In this document: one piece after another, positions 50,211 through 62,600 of the stretch | Numbering within the stretch: position 1 is the stretch's first letter | Layout: every line of letters begins with the position of its first letter | Assembly (NCBI GenBank): GCA_950097015.1 | Contig: CATNEN010000039.1 | Coordinates: forward strand, 17,050,001 to 17,114,000 | Direction of reading: 5' to 3' | Origin: Macrostomum hystrix | Taxonomy: Eukaryota; Animalia; Platyhelminthes | Length of the DNA stretch: 64,000 nt | The notes under the pieces: generated by a model | Told to the model about the DNA's origin: nothing | Seen by the model: only the letters and a program-made list of their open reading frames with translations | The model's database searches: none | Translations under genes and position numbers: made by a program

Positions 50211-50917
50211 TTAAAAAATGCTGTTTTACTTTTAGGAAAACAGAAATTTAATTTTCCCATTTTCTCGATGCCCGATGCCTGAGCCGTTGCTAGGGGTTCC
50301 CCATTTTCCAGTTTTTTTCTGTCTCGACCTCTCTTGCTCGCGAATACTTAAATTCGTCTTGAGAAAATTCCCAGCTTATTAACGGGAAATTCGTCTTCAC
50401 GAATGAGAGATTTAATAATATTTTTGTCCCCTTCTCGGCAGCTTGAGTCCCATTCTCTTCCTCATCTGTTTGCTCTTGTATAAGCCTTTCTTGCAACCCC
50501 CCCGAAACGGATAAGCCGCATCAATCACAGCAGTCTAAGCCCGCTGTGACCCTGTTTCATTCCAGTCATCACCTTCTCTCCCTGTTCTTTATATCCATTC
50601 CAACACTTGCCCGTTCAGTTCTCATCCTGCAGCTACTAGGGTGCATGTTCTCAAGTGGACTTAGGAGCATCAGCAGCAGACTGTGCTCAATCGCTTTTCC
50701 AAATAAAATCTAACTGAGACTCATTCAACCAAGGCAAGACAGGCTTGTTGACATCGGCGAAAGTCTCCTTGTTTTTTTCAAGTCTATCAGTCTATAGCGT
50801 TTGCTCATGAAGAGTTTTACTAGTTTGGTTCTTTCTTGTACAAATGTTGATCAAATTAATCCAAACTGCCAAACCGAAATATTCTGTCAGATTTACTGAT
50901 TTATCATTTTTATCCCT

Positions 50918-51640
50918 GCCATCTCACCCCTACCATCTCACCCCTACCATCTCACCCCTACCATCTCACCCCTACCATCTCACACCTACCATCTCACCCC
51001 TACCATCTCACCCCTACCATCTCACTCCTACCATCTCACCCCTACCATTTCACTACTACCATCTCACCCTTACCATCTTACTCCTACCATCTCACCCCTA
51101 CCATCTCACCCCTACCATCTCACTCCTACCATCTCACCCCTACCATCTCACCCCTACCATCTCACCCCTACCATCTCACCCCTACCATCTCACCCCTACC
51201 ATCTCACCCCTACCATCTCACCCCTACCATCTCACCCCTACCATCTCACCCCTACCATCTCACCCCTACCATCTCACCCCTACCATCTCACCCCTACCAT
51301 CTCACCCCTACCATCTCACCCCTACCATCTCACCCCTACCATCTCACCCATACCATCTCACCCCTACCATCTCACCCCTACCATCTCACCCCTACCATCT
51401 CACCCCTACCATCTCACCCCTACCATCTCACCCCTACCATCTCACCCCTACCATCTCACCCCTACCATCTCACCCCTACCATCTCACCCCTACCATCTCA
51501 CCCCTACCATCTCACCCCTACCATCTCACCCATACCATCTCACCCCTACCATCTCACTCCAACCGTCTCACCCCTACCATCTCACTCTCACGCATCTTAC
51601 TCTCACGCATCATACTCTCACGCATCTCACTCTCACCCCT
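50918..51640. repeat. 14-bp minisatellite (CCATCTCACCCCTA)n
   Basis: About 47 units. Confidence 0.96.
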
Positions 51641-52047
51641 CTCCATCTCCCAACTCCTCTCTCCCTCTACCCTCTGCCCTACGGTGTCTCTCCTACTTTC
51701 CTCAATCCTAACATTTCTAGCTTTAAAATCCCAAGTTCATAAAAAGTAGATAGTGAGTGAGTGTCCATCTGCAGGTGCCCACTCATCAGCACTGGCTCGA
51801 GTATATTTAACTACAAAAAATATTTTCTATTTGCCTTGTTTATCAAGAATCAATAAAGGATATTTAGCTAGCATTTAGGCCCTTCAGACTAAAAAACTTC
51901 CGCATAATAAGCCTTACTATGTATTTATTCGGAAGCTTAAAAATTCATAAATGACTGGGCTTCACAATGATTGCATTCTTCTTTTGGTGGCATTGAGAAT
52001 AAATCAATTTTCCGCTTCGTTTGATGCCTTCCAATCCCTCAAACCAG

Positions 52048-52660
52048 CACTGACTGCAATCCCACTGACACAAAACACTGACTGCAATCCCACTGACATA
52101 ATACACTGACTGCAATCCCACTGACACAATACACTGACTGCAATCCCACTGACACAATACACTGACTGCAATCCCACTGACACAATACACTGACTGCAAT
52201 CCCACTGACACAATACACTGACTGCAATCCCACTGACACAATACACTGACTGCAATCCCACTGACACAATACACTGACTGCAATCCCACTGACACAATAC
52301 ACTGACTGCAATCCCACTGACATAATACACTGACTGCAATCCCACTGACACAATACACTGACTGCAATCCCACTGACACAAAACACTGACTGAAATCCCA
52401 CTGACACAATACACTGACTTCAATCCCACTGACACAATACACTGACTGCAATCCCACTGACACAATACACTGACTGCAATCCCACTGACACAAAACACTG
52501 ACTGCAATCCCACTGACATAATACACTGACTGCAATCCCACTGACATAATACACTGACTGCAATCCCACTGACATAATACACTGACTGCAATCCCACTGA
52601 CACAATACACTGACTGCAATCCCACTGACACAATACACTGACTGCAATCCCACTGACACT
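52048..52660. repeat. 28-bp minisatellite (CACTGACTGCAATCCCACTGACACAATA)n
   Basis: About 22 units; a dimer of CACTGAC-led subunits. Confidence 0.96.
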
Positions 52661-53175
52661 ACCACTTTTAAATGCTTTCCGTTAGTTCCCTCACTCCCGC
52701 AAAGCATTTCTGACTCATTTGGCCGATACACATAAACTAAGCCCTTAAATCAGACTTGGCATTTTCTCCTCAACGTCTCCAATCGCTACAAGGAAATCCC
52801 AACATGGCTAGGCTAGAATGGCGGTGGAAATTTGCATGCCTGAGTTGACCATACGAGGCTCTTAGTTATTCCCTTAGTTCTCATGCGTGCCGCTACAGAA
52901 TGCATAGTATCCGATTGTGCATGTTCCTATCTTAGTTCCGTTTCTGGATATTGGCTTGCCTCTGCTTTCTTCGCAGAAATAAGCCGAATTTTCAGACCGA
53001 GAAATCATTTTAATATAAGTAGCAATAATGCTCGTAATGTTTACTATAATAGTTGCGATTTACCCACGTTTTACCTCCCAGCCTGAGACACCAAAGCTTA
53101 GGGCTTTGATGTTTGAGAGGTCATAAATATATTTTAATTATTGCGTTCTTGAGATACGAGTATATTCTCTCATTC

Positions 53176-55496
53176 CTTCTCTCTCTTGCTCTCACCCTTT
53201 CTCTCTTGCTCTCACCCTTTCTCTCTTGCTCTCACCCTTTCTCTCTCTTGCTCTCACCCTTTTTCTCTTGCTCTCACCCTTTTTCTCTTGCTCTCACCCT
53301 TTCTGTCTCTTGCTCTCACCCTTTCTGTCTCTTGCTCTCACCCTTTTTCTCTTGCTCTCACCCTTTCTCTCTTGTTCTCACCCTTTTTCTCTTGCTCTCA
53401 CCATTTCTGTTCCTTGCTCTCACCCTTTTTCTCTTGCTCTCACCATTTCTGTCTCTTGCTCTCACCCTTTTTCTCTCTCTTGCTCTCACCCTTTCTCTCT
53501 CTTGCTCTCACCCTTTCTCTCTCTCTTGTTCTCACCCTTTCTCTCTCTTGCTCTCACCCTTTCTCTCTCTTGCTCTCACCCTTTCTCTCTCTCTTGTTCT
53601 CACCCTTTCTGTCTCTTGCTCTCACCCTTTCTCTCTCTCTTGTTCTCACCCTTTCTCTCTCTTGCTCTCACCCTTTCTCTCTCTCTTGTTCTCACCCTTT
53701 CTCTCTCTTGCTCTCACCCTTTCTCTCTCTCTTGTTCTCACCCTTTCTCTCTCTTGCTCTCACCCTTTCTCTCTCTCTTGTTCTCACCCTTTCTCTCTCT
53801 TGCTCTCACCCTTTCTCTCTCTCTTGTTCTCACCCTTTCTCTCTCTTGCTCTCACCCTTTCTCTCTCTCTTGTTCTCACCCTTTCTCTCTCTTGCTCTCA
53901 CCCTTTCTCTCTCTCTTGTTCTCACCCTTTCTCTCTCTTGCTCTCACCCTTTCTCTCTCTCTTGTTCTCACCCTTTCTCTCTCTTGCTCTCACCCTTTTT
54001 CTCTTGCTCTCACCCTTTCTCTCTCTCTTGTTCTCACCCTTTCTCTCTCTTGCTCTCACCCTTTCTCTCTCTCTTGTTCTCACCCTTTCTCTCTCTTGCT
54101 CTCACCCTTTCTTTCTCTCTTGTTCTCACCCTTTCTGTCTCTTGCTCTCACCCTTTCTGTCTCTTGCTCTCACCCTTTTTCTCTTGCTCTCACCCTTTTT
54201 CTCTTGCTCTCACCATTTCTGTTCCTTGCTCTCACCCTTTTTCTCTTGCTCTCACCCTTTTTCTCTTGCTCTCACCCTTTTTCTCTTGCTCTCACCATTT
54301 CTGTCTCTTGCTCTCACCCTTTTTCTCTTGCTCTCACCCTTTTTCTCTTGCTCTCACCATTTCTGTCTCTTGCTCTCACCCTTTTTCTCTTGTTCTCACC
54401 CTTTCTCTCTCTTGCTCTCACCCTTTCTCTCTCTCTTGCTCTCACCCTTTCTCTCTCTTGCTCTCACCCTTTCTCTCTCTCTTGTTCTCACCCTTTCTCT
54501 CTCTTGCTCTCACCCTTTCTCTCTCTCTTGTTCTCACCCTTTCTCTCTCTTGCTCTCACCCTTTCTCTCTCTTGCTCTCACCCTTTCTCTCTCTCTTGCT
54601 CTCACCCTTTCTCTCTCTTGCTCTCACCCTTTCTCTCTCTTGCTCTCACCCTTTCTCTCTCTCTTGTTCTCACCCTTTCTGTCTCTTGCTCTCACCCTTT
54701 CTCTCTCTTGCTCTCACCCTTTCTCTCTCTCTTGTTCTCACCCTTTCTCTCTCTTGTTCTCACCCTTTCTCTCTCTTGCTCTCACCCTTTCTCTCTCTTG
54801 CTCTCACCCTTTCTCTCTCTTGCTCTCACCCTTTCTCTCTCTTGCTCTCACCCTTTCTCTCTCTCTTGTTCTCACCCTTTCTCTCTCTTGCTCTCACCCT
54901 TTCTCTCTCTCTTGCTCTCACCCTTTCTCTCTTGTTCTCACCCTTTCTCTCTCTTGCTCTCACCCTTTCTCTCTCTTGCTCTCACCCTTTCTCTCTTGCT
55001 CTCACCCTTTCTCTCTTGTTCTCACCCTTTCTCTCTCTTGCTCTCACCCTTTCTCTCTCTCTTGCTCTCACCCTTTCTCTCTTGTTCTCACCCTTTCTCT
55101 CTCTTGCTCTCACCCTTTCTCTCTTGCTCTCACCCTTTCTCTCTTGTTCTCACCCTTTCTCTCTCTCTTGCTCTCACCCTTTCTCTCTTGTTCTCACCCT
55201 TTCTCTCTCTTGCTCTCACCCTTTCTCTCTCTTGCTCTCACCCTTTCTCTCTTGCTCTCACCCTTTCTCTCTTGCTCTCACCCTTTCTCTCTCTCTTGCT
55301 CTCACCCTTTCTCTCTTGTTCTCACCCTTTCTCTCTCTTGCTCTCACCCTTTCTCTCTTGCTCTCACCCTTTCTCTCTTGTTCTCACCCTTTCTCTCTCT
55401 CTTGCTCTCACCCTTTCTCTCTTGCTCTCACCCTTTCTCTCTCTCTTGCTCTCACCCTTTCTCTCTTGTTCTCACCCTTTCTCTCTCTCGTTCTCA
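53176..55496. repeat. Pyrimidine-rich 20-24-bp minisatellite (CTTGYTCTCACCCTTT(CT)n)
   Basis: About 100 units with variable CT number. Confidence 0.97.
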
Positions 55497-56419
55497 CGTT
55501 TTCCTGCTTTACCATGCAGGGCCACAAAAAGTGGCTTAATCGAAGGACATGCCCCGGCATGCTTTCTCGCGTGAATGATTTCACGCAGGATTCAAAGAGA
55601 TATCGATAATATTAGGACATACTTGAGGAATCGAGTACTGCTTCGGACTAGGTTGAGTTGGATTATAGTTCTTAGACAAGAGAAGCATAACCCAGCTGCA
55701 AATGTTATTGGCTGTAGTGTTTGTGCTCTGCGAATTGAGAGCTCCATAGATAAATGCGGACTCACATACGAGAAATATGGCTTGGGCAAATATTTGGGCG
55801 TTCACTGAGGGGGGCATTAAACTCCCTATTTCTGGACATTGTTTATTGCCCAATTTAATCTTAGTACAGAATGGCCAAGTACCCAATCAGTTTGAACAAA
55901 ATATATATATTTCGCTGCGTTTAGTTTTGTTTTATTTCGTCGAATATGTGTAGCTCGTATATATATTAAAATAAAAGAAACATTTACAAAATGTTTGTTT
56001 GAAGCACATAAAAGATTAAGCCAATAGCAGAACGAATGAAAACCGGAAATATTTTTCTAATAACTGTGTCTAGTTAAAAAAAAGAATTTCCGGCTTGTGA
56101 AAATCTAATTGCAAGCAACAACAAACAAACAAAAAAACTGGAGTCAAATCCGTGCTAATCTAGGCCCTACAATGCTTAATATGCTTATACGAGTACAACG
56201 TAAATCATTTTTTGAAACTATCGTAATAATTTAACAAAATAGATGGGAAATCAATAAATAAGCAACAACTATATGACCACCATCGAGTGTCGGCCCCTAG
56301 TTTGCGTGCGTATGTGCGGTTAAAAATATGCCGAGGTTAGCACAACATTGTGGCAAATGGTACACAACAATGCACTTTTAGTTCTCGTCGGTATTGTTGT
56401 CAACGATGGTCTTTTTCAC

Positions 56420-57628
56420 TCAATGCTTGAGTGTGTGCCATTTGGACACCTGTTGCCTCGGTCGATTCATCATCTCAGTCCAGTGCTTGGACTCTTCCGT
56501 TGACGAACGAGTGCCGAGACGAATCTTGCCGATGGTGTCTGAGCCGATGAAGTCTTTGTCCTTGACGACCAGTTCCAGTTGATACTCGTGTATCTTGTCC
56601 GGGCTGACAGTGAAATTGAAGGACTCGTTCCACTGTGGATTCAAGTTCTTGTAGATCACTGTGCCCTTCTTCTTGTCGCACTCCTTGTTGGTCTTGTTGT
56701 GAATTAGTTTCACTACGCAATAGGGATCGGAGGTTCGGCCAAGGTCCATGGCTTTGAGGTCGCGAGCTCGAATTGCGACTAGTGTGAGCTGACTGCTCTG
56801 CGGATTGTAACTCAGCGAGACCATCACATCGCCGACGTAGCCGCGAGTCTTCTTGTTGGGCTGCAGCTGGCGCCACAGGTTGTAGGAGCGCTTCTTCTTG
56901 TCGCTGTCATACAGAAACACCAGCGGGAAGTGGACATCGCCTATGGAGTCGTCCCGACTGAACCGGTCGTAGTCGTACACCTGAATGAAGAGGGTGCGAT
57001 CTAGCAGACGCTCGCCTGGAAAGTCTTCAAACACAAACACTTCGTTCCATTTCGGGTTGAGTTTGCGCATTTTGATTTTCGTCTTCACTTTGTTGCCCTT
57101 GTCCGGCAGGATGCTGATCTTGCAGTAGGGATCTGATGTGCCCATAGGAAAGTCCATGGCCGGCAGCTTTTGCGCCTGACAGATCTTGATGGTCAGGTGG
57201 CGATCGTGCCAGTCGTAGCTGACTACAAAGTTTAGCCGGCCGAGGTTCTGCTCTGGACCCTCTTCGAATACTTCGCCGGACAATTCGTGCTCCGGACGCT
57301 TGTCGGCGCCGCTGTTGATGCCAGACGCACCCATCGCCTCGGCGCTCTTTGCCACCAGGCTAAATAGACTCGTCTCCTGCTGCTGCTGCTGCTGAGCCTT
57401 CGGCTTCTGCTGGTACTGCTGCTGATAGTGCTGCTGTCTCTGCTGGTGATTGTCCGGAAAGCGCCGAGGTGAAGCTTTGGCAGCGCCGGCGCCGTTGCCG
57501 TAGCGGGAGGGCGACGAGGCCGCTGATGTAGACGCCGCGGGCTTACTGTCTCCGGTCAGGGTTGAGACTAAGAAGTCGGCGATGCCCTTGCCGCCAAGGC
57601 TGTTGGCGATGCTGCCTGGCAGGTTCAT
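56420..57628 (-). CDS. Syt7: Synaptotagmin-7-like tandem C2-domain protein, intronless, no N-terminal TM segment (402 aa)
   Basis: C2A: NLGRLNF, LPAMD..GTSDPY, LNPKWNE, DYDRFSRDDSIG. C2B: LKAMDLGRTSDPY, NLNPQWNESFNF, DKDFIGSDTIGKI. C-terminal HW.EM..RPRQQVSKWHTL. Closest to SYT7 by my recognition. In-frame TAA 11 codons upstream of the ATG. Confidence 0.9.
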   Translation of the reverse strand: MNLPGSIANSLGGKGIADFLVSTLTGDSKPAASTSAASSPSRYGNGAGAAKASPRRFPDNHQQRQQHYQQQYQQKPKAQQQQQQETSLFSLVAKSAEAMGASGINSGADKRPEHELSGEVFEEGPEQNLGRLNFVVSYDWHDRHLTIKICQAQKLPAMDFPMGTSDPYCKISILPDKGNKVKTKIKMRKLNPKWNEVFVFEDFPGERLLDRTLFIQVYDYDRFSRDDSIGDVHFPLVFLYDSDKKKRSYNLWRQLQPNKKTRGYVGDVMVSLSYNPQSSQLTLVAIRARDLKAMDLGRTSDPYCVVKLIHNKTNKECDKKKGTVIYKNLNPQWNESFNFTVSPDKIHEYQLELVVKDKDFIGSDTIGKIRLGTRSSTEESKHWTEMMNRPRQQVSKWHTLKH

Positions 57629-57752
57629 TTTTTCTGCTGCTTTCTTTTCTTCTTCTTAACCTCTCCCCGGCGATTTTTTCTTTCAAGCCTTTTATTCCCT
57701 GAGCTGAGCAGCTCATCGACAAGACGAGAGGCAGGCTAGGGAGACCGCTCCT

Positions 57753-57778
57753 ATTGGTTGGCTGGCTGGTCACGTGAC
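57753..57778 (-). promoter_or_regulatory. CCAAT box (ATTGG 57753-57757) and palindromic GTCACGTGAC CLEAR/E-box (57769-57778)
   Basis: Motifs lie 125-150 bp upstream of the Syt7-like ATG; function inferred. Confidence 0.5.
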
Positions 57779-58317
57779 AGAGCCTCCTTGGTCTGCACAC
57801 TTCATTTCTTCGTCATTTTCCGCCGCACAGTAACAATGCCCCATTATTACTGCCATATGCTGTGCATAGAATTGCGCGGGCCCTTTTATGTCGAGATATT
57901 TTCCTAAAATCCCTGGTGGCATGGATACGGCACGCGCTGAAGACAAAGACAGACTTTATTTTGCTTTAGTTAACAGGGATTTAAAGCCTTTAGCTTTGCA
58001 GCAATTCAATCTAGTATTCTCCTCAGTGCGAGCATTTCAGAGTGAATTTTCTGCGCGCATAAAATCGGATTAGCTAATCAATATGCTTTCCCCGCGAACC
58101 TTTACGTGGGCAAGCATGGCTACTCAACGTGGGATAATCTCTTTGGTAGTTTGAGAAACCCCCACATGATTTGAGTCAGGATTTACGATCTATCAATCAA
58201 AAGTTTCATTGTAGTCAACATACTTTAAAAAAATAATATTTTCCATCTTTAGTCAGACACGGAAAAGTCCAACATAAAAGTAGGAGTTTGCCAGAGATAG
58301 CACCACAGAAAGTACAT

Positions 58318-59300
58318 TCTTGAGCACGACAAAACACTTTTGCACATAAGAGAACAGTATTGTACTCGATAGAACACTCTTGAGTATAAAAGAACACTTT
58401 TCGGTATGAGAGAACACTCTTGAGCATGAGATAACACTCTTGAGTATGAGAGAACACTCTTGAGCATGAGATAACACTCTTGAGCATGAGAGAACACTCT
58501 TGAGTATGAGAGAACACTCTTGAGCATGAGATAACACTCTTGAGCATGAGAGAACACTCTTGAGCATGAGAGAACACTCTTGAGTATGAGATAACACTCT
58601 TGAGCATGAGATAACACTCTTGAGTATGAGAGAACACTCTTGAGCATGAGAGAACACTCTTGAGTATGAGATAACACTCTTGAGCATGAGAGAACACTCT
58701 TGAGTATAAAAGAACACTTTTCGGTATGAGAGAACACTCTTGAGCATGAGAGAACACTCTTGAGTATGAGAGAACACTCTTGAGCATGAGATAACACTCT
58801 TGAGTATGAGATAACACTCTTGAGCATGAGATAACACTCTTGAGCATGAGATAACACTCTTGAGCATGAGAGAACACTCTTGAGTATGAGATAACACTCT
58901 TGAGCATGAGAGAACACTCTTGAGTATAAAAGAACACTTTTCGGTATGAGAGAACACTCTTGAGCATGAGAGAACACTCTTGAGTATAAAAGAACACTTT
59001 TCGGTATGAGAGAACACTCTTGAGCATGAGAGAACACTCTTGAGTATGAGAGAACACTCTTGAGCATGAGATAACACTCTTGAGTATGAGAGAACACTCT
59101 TGAGCATGAGAGAACACTCTTGAGTATGAGATAACACTCTTGAGCATGAGATAACACTCTTGAGCATGAGAGAACACTCTTGAGCATGAGAGAACACTCT
59201 TGAGCATGAGAGAACACTCTTGAGCATGAGAGAACACTCTTGAGCATGAGAGAACACTCTTGAGCATGAGAGAACACTCTTGAGCATGAGAGAACACTCT
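58318..59300. repeat. 20-bp minisatellite (TGAGYATGAGAKAACACTCT)n
   Basis: About 46 units plus a degenerate left edge; cut off by the LTR at 59301. Confidence 0.96.
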
Positions 59301-59605
59301 TGTCGGGTTCAGACTGAACCTCCATAAAACCGCCCTTATCGTTAGCCTAGCTTTCCTTCCCCAGTTGATGCGCACGCTTCTAAAAAATAGCAACACCATT
59401 CTAGAATATTCTAGAATGCTTTCTTTAGCCCAGTACAGTATTGTCTAGGTTCAAAACCCCTAAATTATATTCAAGAGACAAATGCGCTATGCTCTCACGA
59501 TCCGTTCAACCGTTTAATAATCTACAAATAAACTCTGTTAATAACGATCAACTACAGCTTTCTACTTCAACTAACCTAACTTTGAAATTATTGTCACAAA
59601 CGACA
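59301..59605 (+). repeat. 5' LTR (305 bp)
   Basis: Inverted termini TGTCG...CGACA; contains AATAAA; PBS follows after a 2-nt spacer. Confidence 0.88.
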
Positions 59606-59607
59606 AA

Positions 59608-59625
59608 TGGTAGCAGAGCGTGGTT
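59608..59625 (+). other. Primer-binding site complementary to initiator tRNA-Met 3' end
   Basis: TGGTAGCAGAGCGTGGTT; animal tRNA-iMet ends in ...CTCTGCTACCA. Confidence 0.85.
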
Positions 59626-59693
59626 AAAGGCCTGCTTAACTGCCCGCCTTAAAGTTCTACACCTCAATTCAGCTTCGTATCAGCGCGAACCAA

Positions 59694-62600
59694 ATGGTAA
59701 TTCGGAAGGGCCACACATCCACATCCAAGCGATCGGCAACCGTTGCTAAGCCCGCACACAGCAAAGGCACTCGCAGCAACATGCACACAGCTTCCGCACG
59801 CGCTCTCGGAGATGCCGCAAACGCAACGCCACAGCCGACCAACCCTGGACCTTCAACCGCTTCACTGCCTGCCAATACCTTGCAACAAATTCCTAGCAGC
59901 CACCAAGGCACGGCTATTTCGGGCGACACCAGCCGCAACGCCAGTCTCGCCAATTCTCAACAGTCCAGCACGCCGCCAGCAACTGCCACTTCCGTCTGGT
60001 CTCCGAATCGAACCAGCTACCTTTTACCTGAGTCGACTCATTCAGCACGGATGCCCAGCTCAGGTACGCTTCCGAATTCTCAGACAGCGACACAGCAACC
60101 AGACTTTATGCAGCAGATTCTAGGCGCCATGACTGCACTCATGCAACAGAATCAGCAGATGCTGCAGCAGCTCAGTATCCGCCAGAACCCACCGGCACTT
60201 TCCAACTCTCCGCATACTTCCAGCACCCAGCTGACCCAGCGGCCAGCCTCGCTACTAAGTGACACCATCCTACGTAAGGTGCAGCTCCAACCATTTGACG
60301 GGGAAGATCCGGCAAGCTTCCCCGCCTTCTGGAATTCTTTCTGTCACCGAATCAATCAAGTCGATTACTCCGAGGTCGACAAGTTCGAGGCCCTACGGGG
60401 CCTACTCTCCGGGAATGCCCTCAAGAAGCTAGGTGGGTTGGACGCCTGCCAACAGGGCGCCTTCCAAGAGGCGTGCCGAATTCTCCAGATCAACTATGGC
60501 GACTCTCAGGAGCAAAAGAGTGCTTGCTACAAGCGCCTCCTCGGCATGCATCAACTCATTGAGTTTGAGTATCATTCTTTCGAGGAATTCACGGACGACC
60601 TCCGTCTTACTATTGGTCAACTCGCACGGCTTGGTGAGCCTACAGCGGCTGTAGATGCCTACGTCTTCGCCATCTTGCCAAAGCTCCCAGCATCTGTACA
60701 GATGGACCTACAGGATCAACGGATCAAAGCCGCAAAGCCGCTAATGCCCACCATGGTGGAGCTACAAGACTACCTGGACATCAAGCTCCGCGCACTTCGG
60801 GTCGCCAAACAAACAATCGGTACGATTTCTACACCTTTCGCTGGAGCTAGCCTTTTCAACGCGGCCTCATCTACCCACTCCAGTCTCAAATCTAAGTCGA
60901 GTCGCGTCTCTAGGTCCAACCTGCCGAGAAATATCACCTGGCGTTCTCCGGGCCACAGTTTGAAGATTCCAAATAACAGTGGTCAAGCATTACGACCTAA
61001 CTGCGTTTACTGTGACGAGACAGATCACGACGTCTTCCACTGCACCCGTGTATCTTCACCAGACGCCAAACTCAAGATTCTGCGGCGCAAGAAGCTATGT
61101 TTCAACTGTCTCCGTGGACATGAAATTCAGCAATGCTTCTCCCGGTTCCGGTGCCGAGAGTGCAAGGACAAACACCACACCACTATTCACGGTGCTACAC
61201 TAAGTGAGCCGAAGCGCAGTACCCCGAGCGCTCACTCCACCAGCACTACTCCCAAAACAAATAGTCACCTTAACGCAGCAATGACTCCTGAGTCTCAGCC
61301 CGCCATCACAAATATCAGCCAAATCAACGCAGTTTCCTGCTTCTCAACCACTCAGGATGGCCATCTTGGACCTTCAGTCATGGCAACCTTCACCGCACCT
61401 GCGGTCAACCCATGTACCGGAACGTCGACACCCGTCAGTGCGCTTATTGATGGAGGCAGTTCCTACTCTTACCTGAAGCGAGACATCGCCCGCAAGCTCG
61501 GTCTCAAGGTCTACGGCAAGGTTACGCTGGACAGCTCTTCATGCCATAGCGCCACACGACGACAAGTCCAAGCCGAAATCGTTCTTCTGGAGCTATCTAC
61601 TAAAGACGGCCGCCGTATGCCAATCAAGGCTCTCTCCACGGAAGTCGTGGCACCATCTATCCACATACCAGCAGTCACCTTACCGAAGGACATACAAGCC
61701 ACCCTTGCTTGCTTGCCTCAAGATGTTCAAAACATTCCGCCAGCGGAGAATGATGAAATGGAGCTTGACCTTATCATCGGTAGTGACTATGCGCAGCTCC
61801 TTATCGGCCCAGGTATCAGCGCGATTTCCTTGCGACCTACCTTCACTGCGCACCTCACACCCTTTGGCATTGTTCTCACCGGCTCATTAGAAGGTACACC
61901 CGGTTTTCAAGGCGGTCAAATCCCAACATCTTCCTTGTTTTGCAACATCCGCCAGCCCAACCTGGAAGAACTCGTCGAACGCATGACAAGCCTGGACCTT
62001 CTTGGTCTGGAAAAGGGAGCAGAGACACTGAATCTCAATGGTGAACGACTCACAAAGCAACTTATCGATACCACTACTCGTGGGACAGACGGTCGGTTCT
62101 CCGTAGCTCTACCCCTTAAACCCGGAATTGAGAGGCTTCCGTCTAACTTTGGACTAGCATTTGGCCGAGCACAGGCCATTCATCGTCGCCTTTCGCCGGA
62201 ACAACGAAACCAGTACTACGGTGAGTTCCATAAGCGAATCGAAGAAGGTGTGTTAGAACCTGTGGATGGGACCCAGCCAAAAGGCCAGGTTGTACATGTA
62301 CTGCCACACTTCCCGGTGTTCAAGCACACCTCGAGCACCACCAAGGTTCGTCCTGTGGTCGACGCCTCAGCTCGTACGTCACTTAACGGGCCTTGCCTAA
62401 ATGATCTTCTTGAGACCGGACCGAACCTTTTGACTAGCCTTCTTCAAGTCCAGCTCCGCCTACGCCTTTTCAAATACGCCTGCGTAAGCGATCTGCAATC
62501 AGCATTTTACCAGATCTGTGTTCACCCAGAGTTCCGGGATGCCTTGCGAATTATCTTGCCGAAAGACCACTCGAAGCCGTTCAGCCAGGACAATTGGCAG

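Noticed and set aside
51740-51800. Minus-strand CTGATGAG with GAGTG/CACTC stem as a hammerhead
   Set aside because: No GAAA after the stem
53113-55609. ~800-aa hydrophobic ORFs; likewise ORFs at 8183, 30556, 40701, 45944, 50844, 51945 and 58215
   Set aside because: All are minisatellite translations open in multiple frames
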